Positions 1-10,806 of a DNA stretch of 44,007 nt are shown here, one piece after another. Made by a program: the position numbers and the translations under genes. The notes beneath the pieces are model-generated. The model was not told the DNA's origin and ran no database searches. It saw nothing but the letters and a program-made list of their open reading frames with translations. Source of the stretch: Pelomyxa schiedti (lineage: Eukaryota; Protista; Evosea); contig JAHLWZ010000321.1 of the NCBI GenBank assembly GCA_020536535.1, positions 1 through 44,007 on the forward strand. Direction: 5' to 3'. Every line of letters starts with the position of its first letter. The stretch's first letter is position 1.

Positions 1-406
1 ATACGTACTTCTGACAGTTTGTGTAATAAGTTTGCCAACAATCAGCAGATTTGTTAGAGCACTCGGCATTTTTCAGGCAGTCGCCATACGAGTTTACACA
101 AAGGCAACCAAGATATAGCGCTGGAAGCAGTATTTTCATTGGTGATGCTAAATGTCACCCCTACCAAGAACAAAGGAAGAGCGGAGACACACAGGAAACG
201 CAATCGTCGTACTGGGCCAGGCAAAGGTTCACTGCATCCTCGGAACAGTCGTATGTACCTCTAAGGTTATTCGTTGCGCGTTGTACAGCGGTGATAGACC
301 TCACGCCGCTGTCGCCATCGCGGTTGTAGTACGGTGAACCCGCAACCACATGCAATAGCACCGACAATGACACTAATATGCACAAACAACGACACTGCAG
401 TCGCAT
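1..406 (-). CDS. 5' part of second copy of signal-peptide/Cys-rich/TM/RING gene (runs off window)
   Basis: MRLQCRCLCILVSLSVLLHVVAGSPYY...DCSEDAVNLCLAQYDDC is nearly identical to the gene starting at 16283. Confidence 0.8.
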
Positions 407-637
407 CTACGCAGCTCTGCTTATTAAATCCGCACCTCTCGCTCTTTCGCGTGTTTTTTGCCGAAAATGCTGAAAAAAAAAAATAGCAATTTAATAATCT
501 GATAAATATATAATTAAATCTTGCAAGCGTTTAGAGGTGGCAGGTTACAGGAGCTCAGGCAAAGCATTTAATAATTTATTGTTACACAAAAATTTTTCGT
601 TGGGGTTGGACTCGCCTCCACACTCAGTCATTGAGGG

Positions 638-1068
638 TCAAGCCAGTCCGTGGTTGGCCAGGGACTCAAGCACACGCTGGTGGCTGCTTATGGTGGTGGT
701 TGCTTTGGCTTTTGTTGATGGGTGCAGGGTGGGTGTTATGGTTGATGTTGTGGGTGGTGCTGGCGACAGCAGCGTGAATTTGCGGGCGACCGCGGCGCTG
801 AGCGTAGTCCTGGCGTAGTGCGTGGGTGGGGCCGGCGATCCCGGCGCCGTTGTGGTTGTTGTTGTTGGTGGTGGTGATGATGCCGGCGACTCTGTTGGTG
901 TTGCTGATGTGGAAGCCGGTGTGGGTGATTGGGATGGCGTGGCGGTTGTGGTGGCGGTGGGTTTGGAGTATGTGCTGGCTGTGAGGATTATGGTGGTGGA
1001 GAGTTGCTGCAGCTTGAGTGTGACGTCCGAGAGCCGGCCGTGGTCGTAGTGGGTGGGAGGCGTTATCG
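638..1068 (-). CDS. 3' exon of duplicated RhoGEF copy (partial, cut by gap)
   Basis: Same sequence as 16471-16907; frame ends ...HQRVLESLANHGLA* at 638. Confidence 0.65.
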
Positions 1069-1168
1069 NNNNNNNNNNNNNNNNNNNNNNNNNNNNNNNN
1101 NNNNNNNNNNNNNNNNNNNNNNNNNNNNNNNNNNNNNNNNNNNNNNNNNNNNNNNNNNNNNNNNNNNN
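1069..1168. other. Assembly gap (100 N)
   Basis: N run. Confidence 1.
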
Positions 1169-1669
1169 TTTGTTGTGTTTGTTCGTTCAGTTGGAAAATG
1201 GCATGTACACACATAAACTTCGTCTGCACTGTATGCCTCTGGGTGCCAGGTTCGATGGACGAACCTAATATTTATTAAAGCTGTCCCTGTTGTTGTGTTT
1301 CAAGAGGGAAAAAACGAAAACGAAATACAAACAGGAGAAAGTACATTTCAAGGAGGGATGTCTTTCCCACACCACGTTGTCCCATAACCGCAACTCTGCC
1401 ACACCGCACCACCCTCGTTTTGTCGTTGTCGTCAGTCTTGACGTTCATCTTTGTAATTAAATTTTAAACGGCGACGTTGGTGGGTAGTGGTAGTGGATGT
1501 GAGGGTGATTTACTGCGAGTTCATGTTGTTGTTCTGTTGATGCTGGTGATCCGTCGTTTGCAGACAAAAAAATCTTATGTGGCTTGGTGATTTGGTTCAC
1601 GATTCCACTAGCTACTATTTCTTCTCCTTGTCCTCCTCTGTATCATTCTTTTTTTGCTCTTCTCTTCTT

Positions 1670-3577
1670 CGTCATCCATCGGGGTTGTTTGTTTCAATGC
1701 AGTTGCAGATAACCCAGCACGCTTCACGGCGAATCACCATATCGCCTGATGACAAGCATTTCACAACGTGTGGAACAACCCCACTTTTGCAAAGTGTTGC
1801 CAGGTTTTATTGTGGTGCGGTGAGGATATTATTATTTTGGGGTGAATATTACTATAATTAAAATTTAATTATTATAGTAATATTCACCCAGAAATAATAA
1901 AGCATACATTGTGCCACTGGCAAGGTTTGAGAGCTGTGTGAAAAGATCAGATCATATCAGGACAGAGAAAAGAGTGCAGCGATGTTTTTGGTAATACACA
2001 CCACCCAGCATGACTCCTTCTTAAACTGTTTGTTTATCCCGATCAGACTTCATGAAGGAAAAAAAAGAACAGTGAGAAGATGAATGATGAGTATTGTTTA
2101 TACACAGCTTGAAAAATTCCGGCATCAATCAGGACCTGCGTGAGAAAAAAATTGTGATGGAATAAAAGCAGACAATGTATGTGTTTTTGCTTTTCTTCAG
2201 AACTGTGGAGTTGGATGTTACCAGCGATTGTTGTGAGTAAAAATTAAAAAGGGATGAATGTATTTATTGAGCTTGGAGTGAAGCAAACCTTTGGGTAGCT
2301 ACATTTCCCAATGCTCGCAGAGCAGGAATTTGTAGGTTGTGATTGTTTACCTGATTGTGGAACTTAAGTTCAAGGTGATAAGGATGAGTTGATAATTGCA
2401 TACAGAAAGAAGCTGGACAAGTGTGGGTATAATTGTCCCCAGTGGATATGATCAACTTGACACAGGGCAGAGAATCAGTCAGATAAGACAAGGCCCTGGC
2501 AGAATCCATTTAAGGCGCACTTGGTTGGAAATAGGAAACAGCAGGTGTTGGTCTCCCTCAGCAACCATTGGAAAGAGCCCATGTCTGGAGCGGAAGAAAG
2601 TAAAAGGAAGTCATTTGGTGGAGGGTATGGTGCATATTGCATTCCTCAGGAATGTCATTTGATTGGGTAATCTGGTGCTTTGAGCAATGCCGGGAAAAAA
2701 CCCAATTGCATCACGTAATCCCTCCGTGCAATACCGTCCCCACAGATGTTTCCCAGTGCCCGTGCTGCCTGTGTGTGTTGTGTTAATGATGAGGCTCATT
2801 AACTCCGCGATTGTTGGTTGCGTACGGACCTGTTCACAAACATCCACATTCGGACTTGAGGAGAGCAAGGCAATCACTTGTGGCCCAATTCTACATTTGA
2901 TCACTTCCTCTGTCTGTGTTGTGCTGCCACTGCAAACTTGACAAATTAACACACCAGTGGTTGGTTAATCCGATAATCATTAATGAGAACATAGTACAGA
3001 TTATTTGTCAAAGCCCAAAGCGCTTCACATTGAAAATTTGGATCATCTGACTGAATAATAAGTACATGCATTTTACAAACGTACATACACACCAGAGATA
3101 AAAACTGAATGAGACGCGGAACAACGCCAGTCTTGATGACTTCGTCAATGGGTGGTTCTACAACCAAAAAATAATCATGATCATCACCAATTAATCGGCC
3201 GTATTAATTGCAATAATGCCCAACTAACAGGGAATAATACTTTCAGAACGCATCATTCTGATCTGAACAGTCCCGGTGAACGCGACGTTGCGATCGTTGG
3301 AGTTTGCAGACGAAGCGGCCTCCGCAACGGTAATCCTTGGTGCAAGTTCCACCATCCCCGACGTTACCGTGGCTGTTGTTTGTGAGCCCGTCGCATCACC
3401 ACCACCAGATCCAGATCCAGATCGCTGCCACCACCATCTTGTTGCGGGTTGTTGTGTTGCGTTTGTCGTTGTCTGTGTTGCTCGCCCCCCCGCTGCTGCT
3501 GTTGCTGGCGCATTTCCACAAGCCTCCCCCTCCTCCTCGTATTGAATTGAACAGTACAAGAAAATCAAATCTTGCAT
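1670..3577 (-). pseudogene. Importin-alpha (karyopherin alpha)-like, probably pseudogene
   Basis: ARM motifs in successive exons: PPIDEVIKTGVVPRLIQFL, FQCEALWALTN, EQAARALGNICGD, TFLRNAIC, ALSYLTD, IPALRALGNVAT, QVLIDAGIF, KKESCWVV, GVVPHVVKCLSSGDMVIRREACWVICN. A frame break near 2670 has no usable intron; several NLS-binding Trp positions are replaced; no IBB domain seen. Confidence 0.8.
1829..1900. repeat. 30-bp inverted repeat hairpin (AT-rich)
   Basis: Arm 1829-1858 TTATTATTTTGGGGTGAATATTACTATAAT pairs with 1871-1900 with 2 mismatches; 12-nt loop. Confidence 0.9.
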
Positions 3578-3633
3578 CTGTTATCGCTCTGGCCCTCACA
3601 CAAGGGACACAAGAGCAACAAAAACAGTCCAGA

Positions 3634-4950
3634 CTGTCGACGGCCTGTCTCCTTCACCCGCAGTACGCAGCGAAGAAAAAGTGTTTGCAATTAGTAGCAT
3701 TTGCTGTCCTGGCTTCATCATCGTCCTCGTCGTCGCGTAGTTCATCTTCCACGACAACCACAACCCCAGCCACTTTGTGTAGTGCCGCTCAAAATGTGGG
3801 TCGTGGCTCTCGCTTCATCACCACCACGAGTTCATGTTGTTGTTCTGTTGTTGTTGGAAACGTGAATATCGACGAGTGCATTGCGGAGGGCATCGTTCGT
3901 AACACCAACGACTTGGTGACGTTGGTTGCACTCGACCACGTGAATAAGCTGTTTCACTCGTTTGCTGCAATGTACCAAGCTCCACTCTCTCTCGGTTCTT
4001 TATATATAAGAAGTTCTATAACATATAATAACTTATAATATAAGTTCTATATTTATAATATTTCTCATGAACATTTACCTTTGGACTTGTTGTTTTTCAA
4101 GCAAACTCAAGACGCTTCGATTGCAGCTCGGTGGATTTGGTGTGAAGTGGCTGACGGAACGTTCAGAGTCTGTTGATTGTGATAGGATCGCAGCACAGCA
4201 CGGAATCAACGTGTGTGTGATTGGTGCCAGTGGAACTGGAAAAACATGCATTGCACAAAGATTCATTGGGAAGAACTTCTTCGAATTCCAAGAGTCCACG
4301 ATTGGTGTGGGCTTGTTGAGTGCAAACGCACCTGTCAGGGGCAGCAGTGTCAAGCTTCACATTTGGGGTATGCCATTCCACAGTTATTCCTTTTTAAAAA
4401 CAAAACAGACACAAGTGGAAGAGGTCAGTACCAGTCAGTGGTGTTTCTCCTTTTTTTTTTTTTGTTTTCCCTTTCCTCAATGCCTCTCAGTTGGGTGGCA
4501 GATCCGTAGTCACTCTGCTTGTCTATGATATCACCTGCCTTTCTTCTCTCAATTCACTCACGAGGATAATCACTGATATTCACGAAGTTAATCATGTTGG
4601 AAAGGTGGATGACAACCCCCACACCAAAACTCATCACCCTCACACAGTTACTTCTGTGTGGAAACAAGGCAGATCTTTTTGACAATCAACAGAGCTCTGC
4701 AACAGCCTGTGTGGCTTCAGCAGAAACTATTGTCACGTATTCACAAGGGCTTGAGTTTGCCAAAGCCAACCACTGTGATGGATTCGTTGAGGTGTCAGCA
4801 AAGACCATGAGGAACATTCCTCAACTTCTCACAGCCCTTGGTCTCCTGGCACTTGAAGGTGCTGCTTCTCCTGTTGAGGACCATAGTTACCCACTTGGAG
4901 GTGTAATTAAAAAGAAGAAGCGCCACAAACCTGAATGTGCATTGGCCTGA
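3634..4950 (+). CDS. Divergent Rab-like small GTPase with N-terminal extension and polybasic CaaX tail (multi-exon; start uncertain)
   Basis: G1 GASGTGKT, STIG, W|DTSGRGQY across an intron, LLVYDIT, G4 GNKAD, G5 EVSAKT, ends KKKKRHKPECALA*. The upstream frame has no ATG near 3600-3960. Confidence 0.8.
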
Positions 4951-5168
4951 CTCAAGTGTCACCTTCTGTGAGCTCACACTTTCTCACTCAGTGCTGTTGA
5001 CCGTTTGTTGTGCTTCGTGCCCCTTATGTTAATTTTTTTTAAGAAATTTTAGTTGATGGTGATCACCACGAGTTGTTTCTCCTCATTTCTACAATCATAC
5101 ACCTAAGTGTGATGTGAGCTGCTCATTTGCATCTCCACTCGATGGACAAACCTATTGTTGTGAAGGTA

Positions 5169-7144
5169 CCATAACTGGTTCACGCTGGCGCACTTTGTGT
5201 TTCATTGTCTCAAAGTGCGCCTGAGCGGACATTGAACACAAAGTGCGCCAAATGGGCACTTTGGCGAACCGACTCTGAAAAACCACGTGACACAAAGTGG
5301 AAAACACAAAGTTGTTTTCCAGGTGAACCACAACATTCTACCACCACGAACACAAAGTGCGCCGACCGACCGGCGCACTTTGTGTTTTTTGACTGGGCCA
5401 ACACCGTGACACAAAGTGCGCCATGGTGCCACTTGGCGCACTTTGTGTCATGTCAACCGTCAGTCCCAAAGTGCGCCGAGTGGCGCACTTTGTGTTTGCT
5501 CTATGCCGATGCTGGGAAACGTGAACGTGTGAGTGTGCTGCTGACTGTCGTTCACTCACCGTGTCAATTTCGGTTGCGTGCTGGGTGTTTGGTGAGGGGG
5601 AGGGGAGGCAATTGGTTGGGGGTGATGTCTCTGGTGGGTGAGGGTGATGTCTCTGATTCTGGATCTCATCCATCCCTATCTATGCCATGGAGTCTCCCAG
5701 GGAGCCGAAATTGCAGGAATGACACCACCCCACCCATCTTTCTCAACTGTTGGCAGCGGTGTGTGTGTCATGCCTGTAACAAGTGGAAACCTCCTGCTGC
5801 TGGGGTGTGTTCCTGGAGGAAATTAAGGATGGTCATCAATACTCTTGATCTGTTTGATTTCTGATTTCACTGAACACAGTGTGGACAGTGTAATCTTGGG
5901 TTCCTGTGAGGTAACACACAAGAGAACCTTCAGTTCCCAGCAATAGACACACAGTTTGAGTGAATTTTTTCCACCCCAACACAAATCCTGCTGTAAAATA
6001 CAGTGTCCAGAAGTGCGCCACTAGGAACCCAAGTGGCGCACTTTGTGTTTCAGTCAAAACCCTGTGGTCCAAGGTGCGCCCAAAGTTAACCAGGCTGTGT
6101 TTAGTGGATTCTCACTGCCGAGGGTGGCCACTCAAAGTCTCAGTGGCTTCTCAGTCACAACCAACACTTCCCACAATTTGAGTTGGACTCTGGACTCAAG
6201 TTTTACATTCTAGGGACAGAGCAAATACTATGAATGTTTTACACAAAAAGAATGAATTTGGTTGATGTGGTTAGCTTTAAGGCCACATTTAGGAAACAAC
6301 ACCTTCCTTATTCCAGTTAATCTGTTTGGAAAGAAAATATCACAGAGGGAAAAAAACGAAAGAGAGTACAAGGTTCTCTTGCTTGGGAGATTTTCCCACT
6401 CCCTTTTTTAAGAGAATTCTTTTTTCTCTCACACCCATTCGTTTCTTCCTCTGTGGGATTCTTGAGCCAACAGAAGCCACGCTGTTGTTCAATTCTCACT
6501 CAGTCAATCACCACTGCAGTCCACATTAGTGTGTTCTGTGTCACTGCCTTAATTCCATCAAGCCTGCATTAACTCTTGAGAATCAGACAGAGCGTTCGTC
6601 GTGCTACAGCTAGTTCTGTGAATGTGAACTGAGCCGAATTCGGGAAGAGGGCTGGTTCTCCCTCCCACAGCAACCGAACAACGCACCAACAACGGGAATA
6701 TGTACCCATTGTTATGGGGCGTACAATGACACCACTGCCAACAGTGGGAACCAACACCAGACCGAGAACAAGACCCATCAAAAAATCGATTTGTATCCAA
6801 AAAAAAATCGATGTGGTTCTTGCTGTTGTGTGGTCACAACGCGCAGTGAGTGGTGTGGTTGGGTGTGTTGTGCAAAGGGGTCTCCAGTCTGGTGGTTTTT
6901 GTGCCAAACGGTTGCTGTCGGGCCAAGAACGATGACCATTTTCATCGGCACGAATCACCGAATTACTTGTCGACAAGTGCGCCGCGGCGCACTTTGAGTT
7001 TTGGAAGAGGACTTTTCACGTGACCCGAAGTGCGCCAGTGGTACACTTCGAAACTGCGCCGACCCAAAAAATGGTCGGCGCACTTTGTGTTTTACAGAGC
7101 AATTTTCCTGTGGTTCAAAGTGCGCTACCGTGCGCCAGTTATGG
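5169..7144. mobile_element. Non-autonomous DNA transposon with 29-bp TIRs and subterminal motif arrays
   Basis: Left CCATAACTGGTTCACGCTGGCGCACTTTG (5169-5197) versus reverse complement of 7116-7144 CCATAACTGGCGCACGGTAGCGCACTTTG: 25/29 identical. About 20 copies of (ACAC)AAAGTGCGCC in both orientations at 5187-5495, 6011-6080 and 6975-7136. No transposase recognised. Confidence 0.8.
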
Positions 7145-7804
7145 GAAGGAGCATTGGGTTTGGTGAGGATGTTGGGAGCTGGGGGGTTGTGAGCAGGTGG
7201 ATGGATTGGGCTGTGGCTACGAACAGGGAGCTGGACTCTCTGGTCATTGTGAAGATATCTCCTGATGAGTCCTGCAATGGCCCTTGTGCCACTCCACCAT
7301 CACCAAGGCGAGTGCAAGTGAATCTGCCAGAGCAGTTCCGTTTTGATCACTGAACCTGAAATTAAGTGCAGATTTATGATGGAGGATCGCGGGTACACGC
7401 TATTATTGAGGAAACAAGATGGTTCCACTGCTTTTGTGTTGTTATTCCCGTGGGTGGACCTCCTCCAAGTGGATTCATCAACAGGCCACTTGACACATCT
7501 GAGAAGTACTGAAATGAATGCTGCTAGCCATTGTGTTAGCCAGCTCAACAAGTCCGTTTTTTGTGCCCTTTTTTCCCAACTCAACTTGATGTGCGAGTTT
7601 TGGGAGTGCAACAACACAGAAACACCATTCAAAACAGTGAGTTTTCCAGGATGCTGGCAGGTTATTTGTGGCTCAGGGTTCCTTTTTGTTGTGAAAGGTG
7701 CCCAGATTCAAGTGTTGGATCCTGACTCTGGCCTCATTGTAATCACAATCACCTTCCCTCCAGACAAGAAACTCTGGATTATTGAGAGGGACTCCATTCT
7801 TTGA
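7141..7804 (+). pseudogene. 5'-truncated, internally deleted copy of the intronless family at 8240/10807
   Basis: GRSIGF..VSRWMDWAVA..RVQVNLPE, frameshift/deletion near 7345, then LLLRKQDGSTAFV..CEFWECNNTETPFKTVSFP..VLDPDSGLIVITITFP. Confidence 0.85.
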
Positions 7805-8239
7805 CAATTCTCATCAAGAGCTGGCCCCATCAATCTGCTGGGCTGCTCCCCCCAATCAAGGTACGTTCTAAGATAAATAGATAAAACACTAAAAATCGAT
7901 ACAACATCAGGGTGACCAACTTCGTGCAGTGCTGCCAGCAAGGTCACACGAAGTTGTTTCATGCACCCTGTGAGTGGTTCCTTGACAGTAAGCTCATTTC
8001 CCTTTTGTATGAACAGTTCGTGGTCCTGCAGGGTGCACTTCTCCCCTGACATCAGTGATAGAGTATTGTGTGTGCTAGGAGATCAGAGTCCTGAGTCCCG
8101 TTCCAGGTTGGGTGATTCTTTCCAGCCTCATCGTTCAACCTCAACCCACAGATCTCCAGGAACAAACAGCAAAGAGTGATCAACTCAATTTCAGAATGAT
8201 TGATTTTCGTTGTGAACCCCTTTCTGATAAAACCGTCTG

Positions 8240-9574
8240 ATGGGAATCTCAGGGAGTTGGGGCGAACGCCCCGCCCCAACAACCACAACAACAGCAACAA
8301 CGTTGCGGTCTGTTCCTGCCCTCACCACACGCAGTCAACTCGCAGCGCTTGCCACGTCGTCGCACGCACGGTGCGGGGCGCGCAGCCCGGCGCGGGCCCT
8401 GTGGCTCCCCGGCTCCCCGTTCGCGTCGCCCTCCCGCTCCTTCCTCCGCCGCTTCCTCGGCTCTGCCTCCTTCGCCGTCTTGGTGAACGCACCCCACCCT
8501 TCGGCCAAGGTGCTGTCGTTCTCGGTGTCCCGCGCGCTGCTCGGGGTCGATGGGGCGCCGGCGGGCCGTGGCCCCGACGCCTCCTGCCTGGTGAAGGAAA
8601 TTGATTGTGGCAGTGAATGCCAATGGGTTGCCTGCTCGCCGACACACATTTTGGAATACCCGAAGGTGCGGGAAGGCGAGTACAACGTGAGACCACTTGG
8701 AGTTATGGGAACGACGGGAAGAAGGTCGATTGGGTTCAAGGATGGGGGCCATGAGGGTGTGTTGAACGGTGCGCGTGTGAGCAAGTGGATGGACTGGGCA
8801 GTGGCTTACGACCCAGAACAAGCAACTGTGATTATAGTGAGATTGCGTGGTGGCGGTGACAGTGACGGCGGTGGGGTTGGTTGTGACTTGGATTCTTCGT
8901 CGAGGAGGGTTCAGGTGTCTCTCCCTGAAAGGTTTTTCCTGAGGGAATTGCTGTTCGCCGAGTGCTCCAGGGATGAGATTGTGCTGGTTGGAACGCCGCC
9001 ACAAGAAGAGAGTAACAAAGAAATTATTGACCTGCTACTTGCTGTTGTTGACTTGAAGAGGACATTTCAAACAAAGAGCCTGAAAGTAACAACCTCGACA
9101 ACTATCACTGATGACTACTTGGTTCCCAACCTTCTATGTGAAAGTGAGGATTGGTTTAGAAACCCCCTGCTGCTGAGGAAACAAGACGGCTCTGCTGCCT
9201 TTGTTTTTCCACTGCCACTGTGTTTCTTCCTGCATGTGGATTCATCAACAGGTAAACACACACTCCTGGACAGGCGCCGGGTACTGAGCCCTGGAATTGA
9301 TGTGATTTGCCTTACGCAGGTGAGCCAGTCAGTATTTTGCATTGCACAATACTCCAACCCGTTGTGTGAGCTTTGGGACTGCAACAACACACAAAGGCCA
9401 CTCAAAACACTGAGGTTTCCCAAAAGCAAGCAGGTGATGGCTGGCTCAGGGTTCTTGTTTGTGTTGCAAGGTGCCCAGCTTAAAGTCTTGGATCCTAACT
9501 CTGGTTTCGTTGTTCTCACAATCACCTTCCCTCAAGATTACAAGGACTCCCTCTGGATTCTAAAAGTGGTTTGA
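8240..9574 (+). CDS. Lineage-specific family protein (RSQLAALATSSHARCGARSPA N-motif; beta-propeller-like C-part), 444 aa, intronless
   Basis: Long single ORF, colinear paralog of 10807-12099. Confidence 0.8.
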   Translation: MGISGSWGERPAPTTTTTATTLRSVPALTTRSQLAALATSSHARCGARSPARALWLPGSPFASPSRSFLRRFLGSASFAVLVNAPHPSAKVLSFSVSRALLGVDGAPAGRGPDASCLVKEIDCGSECQWVACSPTHILEYPKVREGEYNVRPLGVMGTTGRRSIGFKDGGHEGVLNGARVSKWMDWAVAYDPEQATVIIVRLRGGGDSDGGGVGCDLDSSSRRVQVSLPERFFLRELLFAECSRDEIVLVGTPPQEESNKEIIDLLLAVVDLKRTFQTKSLKVTTSTTITDDYLVPNLLCESEDWFRNPLLLRKQDGSAAFVFPLPLCFFLHVDSSTGKHTLLDRRRVLSPGIDVICLTQVSQSVFCIAQYSNPLCELWDCNNTQRPLKTLRFPKSKQVMAGSGFLFVLQGAQLKVLDPNSGFVVLTITFPQDYKDSLWILKVV

Positions 9575-9800
9575 TCTCACTTATTTTAACCTCGATCAAG
9601 ATTGATTGTCTTCGGTGAAGTTGATTACCAAACCTGGTTATTTGAAACCTATTTCAAAGAACCGCGTACGCCTGCGCAAAAACAGAAAACGAGAGAAAAA
9701 CACCAAATGTTATTATGTAGGCAAAAGAAAAGGGAAAGAAATCACAACAAATAAAAAAAACAACAAAACAAAACAACTCAACAACAAGACAGACATTGAA

Positions 9801-10478
9801 ATGTCAACAACAAAAGGAACAACCACAACAAGCAGCGAGAATGTATACAAACTGGTTGTGCTTGGCTCTGGCGGTGTGGGCAAATCATCACTCACCGTGC
9901 AGTTTGTCCAAGGAATCTTCTTGGAGAAATATGACCCAACAATCGAAGATGCTTATGTATGTGTGAGTGAGTGTGTGATTTTTTATTATATTTATTTGTG
10001 TATCATCAGCGTATTTCGAACTAACCTATTTCCCCAACAGAGGAAGCAAATCGATGTGGATGGAAAAGCCTGTGTTCTTGAAATCCTTGACACTGCCGGG
10101 ACTGAGAACTTCACCGCGATGCGTGACCTGTACATGAAGAATGGCCACGGCTTCGTCCTAGTTTACAGTGTGATTTCCATCAGCACATTCAGGGACATAC
10201 CGGACATGCACGACCAGATACTCCGCGTCAAGGATTCAGCCAGCGTCCCGCTGGTCCTAGTGGGGAACAAGTGTGACCTGACTGAGCAAAGGGTTGTGAC
10301 GACTGAGGACGGACACGCACTGGCAACACACTGGGGTTCCGGCGTGGTGTTCCTCGAGGCCAGTGCGAGGACAATGACAAATGTTCACAGGATATTCCTG
10401 GACCTCATCAGGCAGATTGATGCCATGAACCCCAGGCCAAAGCAAAAGAACAGAAGAGGTGGATGCAACATTCTGTAG
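9801..10478 (+). CDS. RAP1: Rap1-like Ras-family GTPase
   Basis: [27 protein letters not shown] (Rap-diagnostic Thr61), [16 protein letters not shown], CaaX CNIL; intron 9957-10040 (GT..AG). Confidence 0.93.
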   Translation: MSTTKGTTTTSSENVYKLVVLGSGGVGKSSLTVQFVQGIFLEKYDPTIEDAYVCVSECVIFYYIYLCIISVFRTNLFPQQRKQIDVDGKACVLEILDTAGTENFTAMRDLYMKNGHGFVLVYSVISISTFRDIPDMHDQILRVKDSASVPLVLVGNKCDLTEQRVVTTEDGHALATHWGSGVVFLEASARTMTNVHRIFLDLIRQIDAMNPRPKQKNRRGGCNIL

Positions 10479-10806
10479 ACATCATAAGCAACTCATCAAT
10501 GTAATTACTACAATCAGTACCTGGTAAAAAATAAACGTTTGTTTTGCCTCCCGATGCCAAACCAATGTTCTGTGTCTGACGTGTGTCCCTATAACACAGT
10601 TGGTGCAACAAGTTACGAATAATAACTGCAACAACGCTTGCGTGACGATTTACGGAAAAGTTGTTCAGCGATGTTGTCGTGAGAAATCCTATCTGCAGCG
10701 AGTGTGTTTGCCTTCAGAAACTAGAGCTCTACCTCAGGTGTCATTCACGGCGCGGCGGGTTTGGGTACTACAAATTAAATTTTCAGCAAACAAGCTACCC
10801 AAAGCA

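Larger units (their letters stand above)
1..1068. repeat. Near-identical duplicate of ~15895-16907 (segmental duplication or mis-scaffolded haplotype)
   Basis: 1-~470 aligns with ~15895-16350 and ~540-1068 with ~16365-16907, with substitutions and small indels; ends at an N gap. Confidence 0.95.

Noticed and set aside
5187-5495. CRISPR-like array
   Set aside because: Repeats are only ~13 nt, alternate in orientation, are irregularly spaced, have no cas genes and sit in a eukaryotic context; better explained as transposon subterminal motifs.
7708-8052. HExxH (LHEVGH, 7912-7926) metallopeptidase on the minus strand
   Set aside because: A 5-residue motif in a short ORF with no other supporting features; could be chance or a gene relic.
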